The translations under genes and the position numbers were made by a program. The notes beneath the pieces are model-generated. The model made no database searches. It worked only from the letters and a program-made list of their open reading frames with translations, and had not been told where the DNA came from. Below, in pieces: positions 63,484 to 64,000 of a DNA stretch of 64,000 bases. Position 1 is the stretch's first letter; every line of letters starts with the position of its first letter. This DNA comes from Podarcis liolepis (lineage: Eukaryota): assembly GCA_965112155.1 (NCBI GenBank), contig OZ218103.1. The stretch is one strand, 5' to 3'.

Positions 63484-63577
63484 GATCCCGAGGGACTTCA
63501 ATGGCTCTGATGAGGTGATGAAAGTATAAAGCGAGCACCACTCCCGTATAGGTTAGGAGATATCTTTGCATTACCAT
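63484..63577 (-). CDS. NFASC: NFASC first coding exon, signal peptide MVMQRYLLTYTGVVLALYFHHLIRA|IEVPRD (5'UTR part extends to the acceptor at 63671)
   Basis: aaaATGG start, donor C|gtaagt, acceptor ttttcttttctttttacag. Matches recalled chicken MVLHSHQLTYAGIAFALCLHHLISAIEVPLD. Confidence 0.95.
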
Positions 63578-64000
63578 TTTGAATATTTGGCTAAGATCCT
63601 ACGTCCCCAGTTTCCTCCAACAAGGCAAAGTGGTGTCTTACTACCGTAGTGCAGCAGGATAATATGATTTACTGTAAAAAGAAAAGAAAATGATTTAATG
63701 ACATGCAACTAAGATTCATGCATACTGTATTCATCTTTCTTAAAAAAATATTTGGAGGAAGACTGCAAAAGGCAAGCAAATTCCACATTTCATTTAGCCT
63801 TTTGTACCCTGGTAACTAAGAAGAGGGTCACACAAAGGATTAAGCCACGTTCCCCCTGACCTTTTCTACTCAGTTCTAATAGACTGGGTAAATACACACA
63901 CTAGCTCTACATGACACCTTATTTTAGGCAGCGGTTCTCAACTTGTGGGTCCCCAGATGTTGTTAGACTACAACTCCCATCACTCCTGAACTCTGGCCTT

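Larger units (their letters stand above)
899..63671 (-). other. NFASC: Neurofascin gene body (partial; continues past both window ends)
   Basis: 25 GT-AG exons join in one frame (3157 nt) into signal peptide, 6 Ig and 4 FNIII domains. Diagnostic neurofascin segments include [60 protein letters not shown] and RESSLLKNLWVSKK. Confidence 0.98.

Noticed and set aside
1-64000. CRISPR array, operon or other prokaryotic-type system
   Set aside because: This is intron-exon vertebrate DNA with no regularly spaced repeat-spacer array.

Overview
Vertebrate genomic DNA from a squamate lizard (Sauria SINE and squamate-type LINE, SINE and MITE content; probably a lacertid). The whole window lies inside the neurofascin gene (NFASC, L1CAM family) on the minus strand. 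I traced 25 coding exons by hand, all with GT-AG sites and consistent phase (3157 nt, 1052 codons + 1 nt). They run from the signal-peptide exon (ATG at 63577) through Ig1-Ig6 and FNIII-1 to FNIII-4 to the 15-nt microexon at 899-913. The PAT, FNIII-5, transmembrane and cytoplasmic exons lie beyond position 1, and the promoter lies beyond 64000. The known alternative cassettes are all present (18, 51, 36 and 15 nt, and the FNIII-3 pair), and they carry a reciprocal arrangement of RBFOX (TGCATG) and QKI (ACTAAY) motifs. Introns hold a TSD-bounded L1 derivative with ORF1 only, nested in an L2 tail; a young 5'-truncated RTE-X-like LINE; a solo LTR; a Sauria SINE; many hAT and Tc1/mariner MITEs; old L2, CR1 and SINE fragments; and microsatellites. 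I found no convincing new standalone biological system. The best leads are candidate unannotated micro or linker exons in the Ig2-Ig3 intron, the half-L1 element, a motif shared by MITEs of different families, and an excess of AAG/GAG acceptors. Comparisons with human and chicken neurofascin are from memory, not from a database search.
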